62,786 nucleotides of DNA from Candidatus Zixiibacteriota bacterium (GTDB lineage: Bacteria; Zixibacteria; MSB-5A5; CAIYYT01), in NCBI GenBank assembly GCA_040235515.1, contig JBECKX010000064.1, forward strand, positions 1-62,786, in the 5' to 3' direction. Each line of letters begins with the position of its first letter. Within the stretch, counting starts at the first letter, position 1. The notes under the pieces are model-generated. The model saw nothing but the letters and a program-made list of their open reading frames with translations. It ran no database searches and was not told the DNA's origin. Position numbers and translations under genes: made by a program. This document shows, piece by piece, positions 35,941-45,074 of this stretch.

Positions 35941-37296
35941 ATGTGGATTTTCAGCCGCTACATACTTAAGGAACACCTTGGGCCATTTCTGTTTGCGTTC
36001 CTGATTATCACCTTTGTCCTGATCATCGACTTCATACCGCATATGCTCGACATGATCATCGGCAAGGACCTCTCCACCTGGATCGTGATTAAACTGCTGG
36101 TTCTGAATCTTGCCTGGATGCTTGCATTGGCGATTCCGATGGCGGTGCTGGTGGGGACACTGATGGCGTTCGGTCGGCTGACCTCGGACAAGGAAATCCT
36201 GGCGATCAAATCGCTGGGGGTAGACTTGATTCGATTGATGATCCCGGTGATCGTGGCAGCCTCGATACTGGGCGTGGGGCTCGTCTGGTTCAACAATGAA
36301 GTTCTCCCCGATGCTAACCACAGCCTTTCGAATTTGCGCGCCGATATCGGGCGATTGCGTCCGACCCTGCAACTGCAGCCGGGGGTTTTCATGGAAGAGA
36401 TTCCGGGTTATATCCTGCTGGTAGAGGATATCAACCACACGACTTCGGAGATCAAGAATGCGGTGATCTATGACAGAACCGTACCGAATACCAAGCGGAC
36501 CATTACCGCCGACAGCGGTTATGTGAGGTTTTCGGCGGAGGATGAGGAGATAACCTTCAACCTGATGAGCGGACAGATTCATGAACAGGTGACGGACGAT
36601 CCCGGCGACTACCGCATTTCAACCTTCAAACAGCAGACGTTCAAGGTTGGCAACCTGCAAACCAAGCTGAAGGAATCGAACTATGACCATCGAGGGGACC
36701 GAGAGATGTCGGCCGGCGAAATGCTCGAGAGGGTGCATGAGTGGGAGGATGAGAGTCACGAGTATCGGTCGAGTATCATTAACGACAGCGATTCGTTGTT
36801 GGCGTTGCTGCTGCAAGCGCCGGAGCAGACCAAGCCGCAACTCGACAAGAGTGAAAAGCAGTATATGGCGATGGTCACCGGAGAGGCCTACAATGAGAAC
36901 CTTAAGATCAGCAGGTTATTCAAGACCAGGCGGTCGCAGATATCGACGAACGTCAAGCTGGTATCGAAGTACCTGGTCGAGATTCATAAGAAATATTCGC
37001 TGCCCGCGGCGTGCCTGGCATTCGTGCTGATCGGCGCTCCGCTGGGAGTGGTCAGTCGCGGTGGCGGGATGGCGTTGTCTGTGGGGATTTCAATCGGACT
37101 CTTCACGATATATTGGGCGTTTCTTATCGGCGGGGAACAGTTGGCGGATCGACTGATCGTGCCACCCTGGGCGGCGATGTGGGGCGCGAACATCCTGCTG
37201 GTGGGGGTAGGGCTGATCCTGATCTACTGGGTCAGAAACGAGAAGGGTTTCTTCGAAACCCTGCGAATGCTCTTCTGGCGGGGCAAGAGAGCCTAA
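35941..37296 (+). CDS. lptF: LptF/LptG-family LPS export permease
   Basis: 451 aa. FSRYILKEHLGPFLFAFLIITFVLII N-terminus typical of YjgP/YjgQ. Large periplasmic insert. Three C-terminal TM helices. Confidence 0.8.
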   Translation: MWIFSRYILKEHLGPFLFAFLIITFVLIIDFIPHMLDMIIGKDLSTWIVIKLLVLNLAWMLALAIPMAVLVGTLMAFGRLTSDKEILAIKSLGVDLIRLMIPVIVAASILGVGLVWFNNEVLPDANHSLSNLRADIGRLRPTLQLQPGVFMEEIPGYILLVEDINHTTSEIKNAVIYDRTVPNTKRTITADSGYVRFSAEDEEITFNLMSGQIHEQVTDDPGDYRISTFKQQTFKVGNLQTKLKESNYDHRGDREMSAGEMLERVHEWEDESHEYRSSIINDSDSLLALLLQAPEQTKPQLDKSEKQYMAMVTGEAYNENLKISRLFKTRRSQISTNVKLVSKYLVEIHKKYSLPAACLAFVLIGAPLGVVSRGGGMALSVGISIGLFTIYWAFLIGGEQLADRLIVPPWAAMWGANILLVGVGLILIYWVRNEKGFFETLRMLFWRGKRA

Positions 37297-38393
37297 TGAG
37301 TATCCTCGCCCGATATCTGCTACGGCGTTTCTTCATAACCTACTTCGTAGCCCTGATCTGCTTTATCATCGTCTTTGATCTGGTCAATCTGGTAGAAAAT
37401 ATCGGACGTTTCGTCGAGTCGGGTGCCAGCGGTGCGGATGTCTTTCTCTACTATGTCTATTTCACCCCATTCATTGTGGTTCTCACCTGCCCGGTTGCGA
37501 CGTTGCTGGCTTCGATCTTTTCGATCGGCCTGCTGGCGAAATCGAATGAGCTCACGGCTATGAAGGCGGCTGGAATCTCGATCTACCGAATTGCTTTGAC
37601 GCTCGTGGTGGGTGGCATCGTTATAGCCGGCGGACTGTGGGTTTTCGGCGAAATGATCCTTCCCGAGGCTAACCACCGCAAGAACGTAATTCAGTCGGAG
37701 CGAATCGAGCGCAGGCAGGCGGAATCGGCGAAGGTATACAAGGATCAAATGTTCCAGGGGCTTGAGGGGCGAATTTTCCAGTTCTCCAACTACATATCGA
37801 AATCAGCCAGTGGTGAGGATGTAGTCATCCAGAGATTTGAAGGCAACCGCCTTACCCAGATAGTTACCGCCCGGCGGTTTGTCTGGCATGACTCGGTATG
37901 GGTCGGGACCGACGTGACGATCAAGAGCATCGGCAACCTTGATGAAGCCGATCAACCGATTACAATAGCCGAGCGCGATACGGTGGTATTCCACGACTTC
38001 GGGGAAAAACCGAGCTATTTTGAGGATTGGTTCTCGCGGCAGGATGCGCTCTCGATGGGGTATTTTAAGTTACAACAGTTTATCGAAGTCAGCCGGGCAC
38101 TCGGCAAGGATGTCACCCGGCAGATTGTCGATCTTTACAATAAAGTCTCGTTCCCTTTCATCAATGTGATCATCATTTTGATCGGCGTGTCGCTCGCATC
38201 GAACCCGAGGCGGGCCGGTCTTGGTATCAGCTTCGGCCTTTCGATGGCAGTCTCCTTCATATTCTATACTATGGTTAAGGTAGCTATCGAAATGGGGCAC
38301 AATGGCATGCTCGATCCGGTGATCGCCTCCTGGGGTACAAACGCGGTCTTCCTGCTGTTTGGGCTCTTCCTCCTGGTCCGGGTGCCCAAGTAG
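37296..38393 (+). CDS. lptG: LptF/LptG-family LPS export permease
   Basis: Start at the ATG overlapping the lptF stop (TAATG). MSILARYLLRRFFITYFVAL. 365 aa. The longer ORF from 37011 overlaps lptF in another frame and is rejected. Confidence 0.8.
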   Translation: MSILARYLLRRFFITYFVALICFIIVFDLVNLVENIGRFVESGASGADVFLYYVYFTPFIVVLTCPVATLLASIFSIGLLAKSNELTAMKAAGISIYRIALTLVVGGIVIAGGLWVFGEMILPEANHRKNVIQSERIERRQAESAKVYKDQMFQGLEGRIFQFSNYISKSASGEDVVIQRFEGNRLTQIVTARRFVWHDSVWVGTDVTIKSIGNLDEADQPITIAERDTVVFHDFGEKPSYFEDWFSRQDALSMGYFKLQQFIEVSRALGKDVTRQIVDLYNKVSFPFINVIIILIGVSLASNPRRAGLGISFGLSMAVSFIFYTMVKVAIEMGHNGMLDPVIASWGTNAVFLLFGLFLLVRVPK

Positions 38394-38469
38394 CGGTCAG
38401 ACTCCGATTCCGATCTCGAATCATAGTCATCCTCTTTGTAATCGAAGTTAAGTGACGTATATTGGCGGG

Positions 38470-39138
38470 ATGAAGAAGAAACAGACTGCTTCACGGAAGA
38501 ATAAGGGTATCCTGATCTCGTTCGAAGGCATCGACGGATCGGGCAAATCCACGCAGGCCCAGCTACTGCAGAAGCACCTCAGGCTGTCGGGTTATGATGT
38601 TGAGTTCATTCGCGAGCCGGGTGGTACTCCGGTGTCGGAGGCTGTGCGGGAGTTGCTGCTCTCGCGCAAGAATGACGGAATGTCATCCCGCGCTGAACTG
38701 ATGTTATTCCTGGCTGCGCGGGCGGAGCTGGTCGACAAGTGCATTGCGCCGGCGCTGAGCGCAGGCAAAATTGTTATAACAGATCGCTTCTCCGACTCGA
38801 CCTTTGCGTATCAGATATACGGGCGCGGGCTGCCGGGTCGAAAAGTGAGAGAGGCAAACTCATTTGCAGCCGATAACGTCCGGCCGGATCTGACCTTTCT
38901 GGTGGATGTTGATGTCGCCACGGCACACAATCGCTTGAAGCGCAAGCGCGACCGAATGGAATCAGCCACGCGATCGTTTCATGAGCACGTGCGGAAGGGT
39001 TTTCTGGCGTTGGCGGAGTCTGACAAGCGCAGGATAGTAAAGCTAAATGGTCGCAAGACAGCACAAGAACTTTGGGACGATGTCCGCGGAGCGGCGGAGG
39101 AATTGATTGAGCGACGAAAAATCAAGAAGCTCTGCTGA
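38470..39138 (+). CDS. tmk: thymidylate kinase
   Basis: ILISFEGIDGSGKSTQ P-loop, REPGGT, DRFSDSTFAYQ, LVDVD. ATG at 38470 is preferred over GTG at 38452. Confidence 0.9.
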   Translation: MKKKQTASRKNKGILISFEGIDGSGKSTQAQLLQKHLRLSGYDVEFIREPGGTPVSEAVRELLLSRKNDGMSSRAELMLFLAARAELVDKCIAPALSAGKIVITDRFSDSTFAYQIYGRGLPGRKVREANSFAADNVRPDLTFLVDVDVATAHNRLKRKRDRMESATRSFHEHVRKGFLALAESDKRRIVKLNGRKTAQELWDDVRGAAEELIERRKIKKLC

Positions 39139-40603
39139 GCAGCCCTCCAGGATCGGACTTCACACAAAAGGTGGAAATAGCCGCATCGACCTGAGCTATA
39201 CACTCACCTGCTTCGCAGCGACCGTGCTGCTGGTTGTCGGGAGTGCCTACCTTTGCCTGCATGATTCGCTGTTTCGGATTATGATGGTCCTGGCCCAGCA
39301 GTCCGATTTGCTGGCGCAGCGATACTATGGCGAGATCGAGCCGGAGCAGATCTTCGATGATGCCTGGCGTGGAATGCAACAGGCGATGCCGTTCAGGGTG
39401 GAGTTGAGTGACCAGCCACTCAAGCCGGAGACAGTGACACCATCCTCCGACTGGGGTTTGACCACCGAGCGTGACTCTACGGGAATCAGAGTGGAAGCGA
39501 TAACTCGATCATCGCGGCTCGCCGGACAGATCATGCCGGGAGATGTGATTGTCGCCTTGAAGAGCGATAGCGGAATTGCGCCCGATGATTTCAACTGGTA
39601 CTTAAATCAAAATACCGGCGATACGATCGACGTACTGGTCAATCGCTCCGGTTTGGAGCAGGAGCTGTCACTATACTTGCCTGAGGCAAACGCCGGCGCC
39701 GGCACAAAATGTGAGGCGTATGAAAACGCAAGCTACGTGGCGGTCGAACGGCTCACTCGCGAAACCGCCGAGGTCGTGAATAAGTGCATCGAGGAAGCCG
39801 CCAATAGCGGCCGGCCGGGACTGATAATCGACCTGCGCGGGTGCGGCGGCGATGGAAGTACAAACCCCGTTGAGCTGGCGCGCAAAATCGGCGGTGCTGC
39901 TTCCGCGCTTCACTCCGTGGCGATGATCGACAAGCAAACGACTGACGAGGCTGAGTTGCTGGCAGGATTCCTGAGGCGAGATTACCAGTTCAAGCTGGTC
40001 GGAAGCAAGACGGTCGGACTCAGCACGGCCCGCGACGAGATCATGCTGCGATCCGGAAAATTGCTCTACGTCTCCGCATACGATCGTCAAGCTCCGATGA
40101 CCGCCGATTCTTTGCCTTCTGACACGATTCCGGTCGTGTCTTCCGGCAGAGTCGCCGCGGCACTCACACCCGACACAGAGTGCGAACCGCTGGAGATACC
40201 ATCGGTGCTATTTCAAATCATCCACTACGGTCACTTGCACGACTTCGTCGTTAGCCATCGGTTCGACGAGTTACCATCACGCTCCGACGAAGATTTGGTT
40301 TTCCAATCTTTCAAAGCATACCTTGACAGTGTCGGTTTCCGGTTCGACCCGTTACGAGAAGCCGCCACCTTGCTCTCTTACTACCGGGCAGACTCCGATG
40401 TTCGTCCGCTGGTTGACCAGATCAAACGCAAAGCTGACGCGGAGGGCGCAATCACCCTGGACGAAGTTCGCGATGAAGTTCTGCAGTTCCTGCTGACATC
40501 AATCTACCGCACCTGGATCGGTGGCAATCTCGGTGTAGATGAAAAGTTACAGTTACGTGATCGGTGCCTTCAACAGGCCCTTATGGAAGTTGCCGGGAGT
40601 TGA
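39107..40603 (+). CDS. membrane-anchored PDZ/S41-peptidase-like protein, apparently lacking the Ser-Lys dyad
   Basis: TTG start 6 nt after GGAGG. TM helix (CFAATVLLVVGSAYLCL). PDZ-like GIRVEAITRSSRLAGQIMPGDVIVAL. S41-like LIIDLRGCGGDG ... LLAGFLRRDYQFKLVGSKTVGLS. Confidence 0.55.
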   Translation: MSDEKSRSSAEQPSRIGLHTKGGNSRIDLSYTLTCFAATVLLVVGSAYLCLHDSLFRIMMVLAQQSDLLAQRYYGEIEPEQIFDDAWRGMQQAMPFRVELSDQPLKPETVTPSSDWGLTTERDSTGIRVEAITRSSRLAGQIMPGDVIVALKSDSGIAPDDFNWYLNQNTGDTIDVLVNRSGLEQELSLYLPEANAGAGTKCEAYENASYVAVERLTRETAEVVNKCIEEAANSGRPGLIIDLRGCGGDGSTNPVELARKIGGAASALHSVAMIDKQTTDEAELLAGFLRRDYQFKLVGSKTVGLSTARDEIMLRSGKLLYVSAYDRQAPMTADSLPSDTIPVVSSGRVAAALTPDTECEPLEIPSVLFQIIHYGHLHDFVVSHRFDELPSRSDEDLVFQSFKAYLDSVGFRFDPLREAATLLSYYRADSDVRPLVDQIKRKADAEGAITLDEVRDEVLQFLLTSIYRTWIGGNLGVDEKLQLRDRCLQQALMEVAGS

Positions 40604-40606
40604 TCG

Positions 40607-41371
40607 GTGGTCGAAGTATCCCCCTGGTTGATATTCCTGTTCTGTAGCGGAGTCGGCGCACTGGCGGCGATTCTCGGCCTGGGTGGCGGGATCATGCTGG
40701 TGCCGATCTTCACGCTGCTTCTGAACCTGCCGATTCAGCAGGCGGTGGGACTATCCCTCTGCTGCGTCATGGCAACCTCCGTGACGGCAACTTCACGCTA
40801 TCTCCCCGATGGGTTGGTCGACCTTCGTATGGTCCTATTGTTGGAGATAACAACAATCATCGGATCGTACGGCGCGGCAGTGGTTGCAGGGCAGATCTCC
40901 CCGAAGATCATCGCTCTCCTGTTTGCCGTGGTGATGGTGTTTTCCGCAGTGATGATGCTGTTCAACAAGTCGGGGGATACGCAGGAAGATCGCGCCCATA
41001 AACATGGCGTTCCTCTGGCAATGGGGGGATCACTGATAGCCGGGGGACTGGTGGGATTGCTCGGGATCGGCGGTGGTGTTATCAAGGTCCCGATATTGCG
41101 TCTCCTCCTTGGCAAGACGATGAAACAGGCCGTAGCGGCGTCGACGATGATGGTTGGCATCAGCGCGGCCTTTGGATTGCTGCCCTACGTTCAGCGTGGC
41201 GATATTCAGATGACCCACATGGCTTACGCTTCGCTGGGGACAGTCGCCGGAGCGTTTATCAGTTCGCGGCTCTTCCACAAGATCGAGTCGATTTACATCA
41301 AAGTCTTATTCTCGCTGGTGCTGATCTACACTGCGGTGAATATGATAATAAAAACCTGGGGCGGAGAGTAA
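40607..41371 (+). CDS. TauE/SafE (TSUP, DUF81) family anion exporter
   Basis: 254 aa, GTG start. Two GLGGG(I/V) repeats (ILGLGGGIMLVP and LLGIGGGVIKVP). 7-8 TM helices. Confidence 0.85.
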   Translation: MVEVSPWLIFLFCSGVGALAAILGLGGGIMLVPIFTLLLNLPIQQAVGLSLCCVMATSVTATSRYLPDGLVDLRMVLLLEITTIIGSYGAAVVAGQISPKIIALLFAVVMVFSAVMMLFNKSGDTQEDRAHKHGVPLAMGGSLIAGGLVGLLGIGGGVIKVPILRLLLGKTMKQAVAASTMMVGISAAFGLLPYVQRGDIQMTHMAYASLGTVAGAFISSRLFHKIESIYIKVLFSLVLIYTAVNMIIKTWGGE

Positions 41372-41392
41372 GAGCGTGCTGAGGATGGAAAA

Positions 41393-41671
41393 GTGAGCGA
41401 ACAGCAGGCGAACAGAAGCGTGGGAATAGCCTACCGGGTAACCTGGTATGTGATGATGCTGGTGCTGGTCATGATCATAGTGATCGAGGAAAGCGGGCTT
41501 GGCAATTCGCTCCCGGCCGCCATCGACAGATTGTCGACCCTGTACATGGCCCTTATCCCGCTAGCTCTGCTGGCGCTGGCAGTGATCCTGCAGTTGCATA
41601 AGGCGCGAGTCTCGGCGACAGTTTCGTTCATCCTGTTTCTGCTCTGGGTCGGCTTGAGGTTTCTGGTCTAA
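41393..41671 (+). CDS. small membrane protein, unknown function
   Basis: 92 aa, three hydrophobic helices. Its stop overlaps the next start (TAATG), supporting translation. Confidence 0.5.
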   Translation: MSEQQANRSVGIAYRVTWYVMMLVLVMIIVIEESGLGNSLPAAIDRLSTLYMALIPLALLALAVILQLHKARVSATVSFILFLLWVGLRFLV

Positions 41672-42327
41672 TGGAGAAACGGCCGATAAGAGTATTCTGC
41701 GACTTCGACGGTACAATTTCCGCTCAAGATGTTGGCGCGACGGTCTTCAATCACTTCGCCACGAACAGAAACCGTGGCACGGTGCTGCAATGGATCGACC
41801 GCAAAATCGACTCGCGCGAGTGCCTGATCAGGGAGTGCGCCTACATCGATGCCTCCCGCGCGGAGATTGAAGCCGAAGTTGCGCGGATCGGATTGATGAA
41901 AGGCTTCGACAAGTTCGTGGCATTGATGGACCAGCATGGTATTCCGATCCACGTCGTCTCAGACGGCCTTGACTTCTACATCGCCGCGTTTCTTGAGCGA
42001 CACGGGCTTGGGCATCTCGAGGTATACAGCAACCACGCGCATTTCATCAACGGCTCGCTTTACCCCTCCTTTCCTTACTTCATTGCCGGCTGCGGCTTGT
42101 GCGGCACCTGCAAGGGGGAGCGCGTGAAGAGTTTAAGTTCCGAGGGTGAACTGACCGTATACATTGGAGACGGCTTCTCTGACCGCTGCGCGGTCGGAGT
42201 GGCTGATCTGCTTTTTGCGCGTGATGATCTTGTCGGCCTCGCCCGAGAAAAAGGCGTTGACTGGATCGATTACGAAGACTTTTATGATGTAATTAAGTAC
42301 TTTGGAAGCAATCTGTTACGAGAATGA
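41671..42327 (+). CDS. HAD-superfamily phosphatase, MtnX/PSPase-like subfamily
   Basis: VFCDFDGTIS (motif I), VVSDGL (motif II), CGTCKG Cys pair, YIGDGFSDRCAV (motif IV). Confidence 0.75.
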   Translation: MEKRPIRVFCDFDGTISAQDVGATVFNHFATNRNRGTVLQWIDRKIDSRECLIRECAYIDASRAEIEAEVARIGLMKGFDKFVALMDQHGIPIHVVSDGLDFYIAAFLERHGLGHLEVYSNHAHFINGSLYPSFPYFIAGCGLCGTCKGERVKSLSSEGELTVYIGDGFSDRCAVGVADLLFARDDLVGLAREKGVDWIDYEDFYDVIKYFGSNLLRE

Positions 42328-42355
42328 ATCAGGACAAACAGGACAATATTCTACC

Positions 42356-44857
42356 ATGAAGACCGTAATCATGGCCGGTGGTTTCGGAACCCGGCTAAGA
42401 CCCCTCACGCAAAGCCTGCCGAAGCCGATGGTGCCGGTAGCCAACCTGCCGATGCTGCACCATATCGTCAATTTGCTCAAGAAGCACAACCTGCGGGACT
42501 TTGTCTCGCTGCTCTATTTCCAGCCTGAGGAAATCAAGAACTACTTCAAAGATGGTTCTCCCTTCGGCGCGAAGATGGAGTATATGATTGCTGAGGCTGA
42601 CTACGGCACGGCTGGTGCAGTCAAGCACGCTGAGAAGTTCTACAAAGGCAATCGCGTTCTGGTGATCAGCGGTGATGTCCTGACCGACTTTGATCTTACA
42701 GCTGCGCTCAAGTATCACGAAGAGAAACAGGCCCAGGCTACCATCGTCCTGACCCGCATGGAGAATCCGCTGCAATATGGCGTGGTGATAACCGACGAGG
42801 ATGGCCGCATCTCGCGTTTCCTGGAGAAACCGACGTGGGGCGAAGTCTTCTCCGATACGATTAACACGGGGATCTATATCCTTGAGCCGGAGGTTTTCGA
42901 CCGCATACCGAGCGAAGAGCCATTCGATTTCTCACAGGATCTTTTTCCCGGGATGCTGCGCGACAAGGAGCCATTGTATGGCTATGTCGCCACGGGGTAT
43001 TGGCGGGATATCGGCAATCTCTCGGAGTACCAGAAGTCTCATCTCGACATCCTGCAGGAAAAGGTGAAGATCGAGACGGAGAGCAACAAGCATGAGCGGG
43101 ATGGCTCCACGATCTGGCTTCCGCGCAGTTTTCACGTCGATGAGAAGGCACGGATGGAAGGCCGCGTGATCCTTGGCACCGATTCGAACATCGCTGCCGG
43201 TGCGATCATCAGAAACTCCGTGATCGGTGACCGTTGCAGGGTTGGGGAGAATGCCCGCATCGAGAATAGTGTGGTGTGGCACGACACGGAGATTCAGGCG
43301 GGAGCACAGATTTCACAGGCGATCATCTGCAATAATGTTTTGATCGAGCAGGATGTTTCGGTCAATGAGGATGCAGTAATCAGTGATCACGTAAAGCTGC
43401 GTGAAGGTGCAACCGTTCGCAATAGCTGCAAAATATGGCCCGGAAAGGAAGTGGAAGCCGGTGCCACGGTTTCATCATCCCTCATCTGGGGTGAAAAATG
43501 GAACCGGGAGTTGTTCACCGATTCAAAAGTCAGCGGGCTGGCGAATGTCGAGGTAACGCCGGAGTTCGCCGCCAAGCTCGGTACGGCGTATGGCGCGACC
43601 CTGACGAAGGGAAGTTCGATTGTGGTATCGCGCGGCGTCTCGGCCGGATCTCGTGTCTTTTCGCGTGCGCTAATTTCGGGGGTGCTTTCGGGGGGCGTGA
43701 ATGTAATCGATCTGCGCACGCTGCCGATCCCGGTGATGCGTTACGAATTGAAGTCGGGTCGCCATACGGGTGGAGTGTTCATACGCCAGAGTCCGGGGGA
43801 CTACAGGGTAACAGACCTGATCTTCCTCGGGCCGGACGGCATGGATCTTCCCACCAAGCGAACGCGCTCGATTGAGACACTCTTCGCGCGCGAAGATTAT
43901 CGTCGATCCGAGATTACCGAAGTGGGCCAGCTCGACTATTCGACGCGGATACTCGAGTCATACCGCGCCGACTTCCTTAAGCATATCGACCCCGAGTCAA
44001 TCCGGCAGCGAAAATTCAAGATAGTGATCGACTTTGCGCATGGTGGAGCTTCCGAGATCTTCGGCGGTATCTTCGCTGCACTCGATATGGAGGTAATTTC
44101 ACTCAACGCATATCCCGATCCAACCCTGCCGCTTGACTCGGAGAGCCATGGACTCGATCAGATGAAGTCGATTGTCCGCTCTGTCGGTGCTGATCTCGGA
44201 ATCCAGATCGGGCGCGGCGCGGAAAAGATGATTGTGGTGGACCGCAACGGTGACATCCTCAGCGATCAGATGCTGCTCCTGATTGTCACCTCACTCTTCC
44301 TCAGCAACAACGTCGCACGCAAGATTGCCGTGCCGGTGATGGCCAGCATGGGGGTGGAGAGTATCGCCGCTGAATTCGGCGTTCAGGTGACGCGGGTGCG
44401 GAGTGATCATCTGGCAATGATGCAGGCATTCCAGCAACCGGATGTCGATTTCGTCGGCGGAACCCGTGGTGGATTCTTGTTTACGAAGTTTCAGCTGGGT
44501 GCCGATGCGATCTTCTCCGCGATTAAGTTCCTGGAGTTACTGGCGAAGCGCGATGCCGAGTTGACCGATTTACGCAAAGCCCATGAGAAATACCATATCG
44601 TGAGCGCGCAGGTCCCTTGTCCCTGGGCCAAGAAGGGACAGGTTATGCGTCTGCTGATGGAACATACCGAGGGCAAGAATCGCCAACTGGTCGACGGAGC
44701 ACGCTTCCAGGAAAACGGAAGCTGGGTCTGGATAGCGCCGAGCCGCAAGGAGGCCTATTTCACGGTATTCGCTGAATCAGAAGAGGTTGCGTCAGCCGAG
44801 AAACTGGCTGAAACCTACCGCAAACAGGTAAAGAAATGGCAGGAGGCGACCTCCTGA
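42356..44857 (+). CDS. bifunctional sugar-1-phosphate nucleotidyltransferase (with LbH domain) / phosphomannomutase-phosphoglucomutase fusion
   Basis: Start at MKTVIMAGGFGTRLRPLT (G-x-G-T-R-x-x-P-x-T). Left-handed beta-helix hexapeptide region (IGDRCRVGENARIENSVVW...). The C-terminal ~450 aa is PGM/PMM-like. The TTG at 42302 overlaps the previous gene. Confidence 0.85.
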   Translation: MKTVIMAGGFGTRLRPLTQSLPKPMVPVANLPMLHHIVNLLKKHNLRDFVSLLYFQPEEIKNYFKDGSPFGAKMEYMIAEADYGTAGAVKHAEKFYKGNRVLVISGDVLTDFDLTAALKYHEEKQAQATIVLTRMENPLQYGVVITDEDGRISRFLEKPTWGEVFSDTINTGIYILEPEVFDRIPSEEPFDFSQDLFPGMLRDKEPLYGYVATGYWRDIGNLSEYQKSHLDILQEKVKIETESNKHERDGSTIWLPRSFHVDEKARMEGRVILGTDSNIAAGAIIRNSVIGDRCRVGENARIENSVVWHDTEIQAGAQISQAIICNNVLIEQDVSVNEDAVISDHVKLREGATVRNSCKIWPGKEVEAGATVSSSLIWGEKWNRELFTDSKVSGLANVEVTPEFAAKLGTAYGATLTKGSSIVVSRGVSAGSRVFSRALISGVLSGGVNVIDLRTLPIPVMRYELKSGRHTGGVFIRQSPGDYRVTDLIFLGPDGMDLPTKRTRSIETLFAREDYRRSEITEVGQLDYSTRILESYRADFLKHIDPESIRQRKFKIVIDFAHGGASEIFGGIFAALDMEVISLNAYPDPTLPLDSESHGLDQMKSIVRSVGADLGIQIGRGAEKMIVVDRNGDILSDQMLLLIVTSLFLSNNVARKIAVPVMASMGVESIAAEFGVQVTRVRSDHLAMMQAFQQPDVDFVGGTRGGFLFTKFQLGADAIFSAIKFLELLAKRDAELTDLRKAHEKYHIVSAQVPCPWAKKGQVMRLLMEHTEGKNRQLVDGARFQENGSWVWIAPSRKEAYFTVFAESEEVASAEKLAETYRKQVKKWQEATS

Positions 44858-45074
44858 TTGACTGGCCAAATTTCACGCCAAACCTTTCGCTTTTAAGGTT
44901 TTACCGTTGAAGCTTTGGCCCGATCTTTACGATAACCATTATATGGTGTGGGGCACTCCGCAGGAGAGAATTCGGGGCTGGTGCTCCAGCTAGCGCGCTA
45001 AAGGGTACAACTTGGGTGGTTTAGTCTTGTTCGACAACAGGCCAGCAGCGCCGCAAAGAAGAGGATAAGGTTCA

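Noticed and set aside
37011-37295. Upstream extension of the lptG ORF (460-aa version).
   Set aside because: It overlaps the 3' end of lptF in a different frame with Arg/Gly-rich composition. The TAATG stop/start overlap at 37294-37298 gives a canonical LptG N-terminus.
44858-45074. Possible heat-shock control element (CIRCE or sigma32 promoter) in the 217-nt lon leader.
   Set aside because: GGCACTC is present but there is no matching GAGTGCTAA half-site at 9-nt spacing. CCGTTGAAG resembles the sigma32 -35 only loosely and has no CCCCAT-like -10. There is not enough to call.
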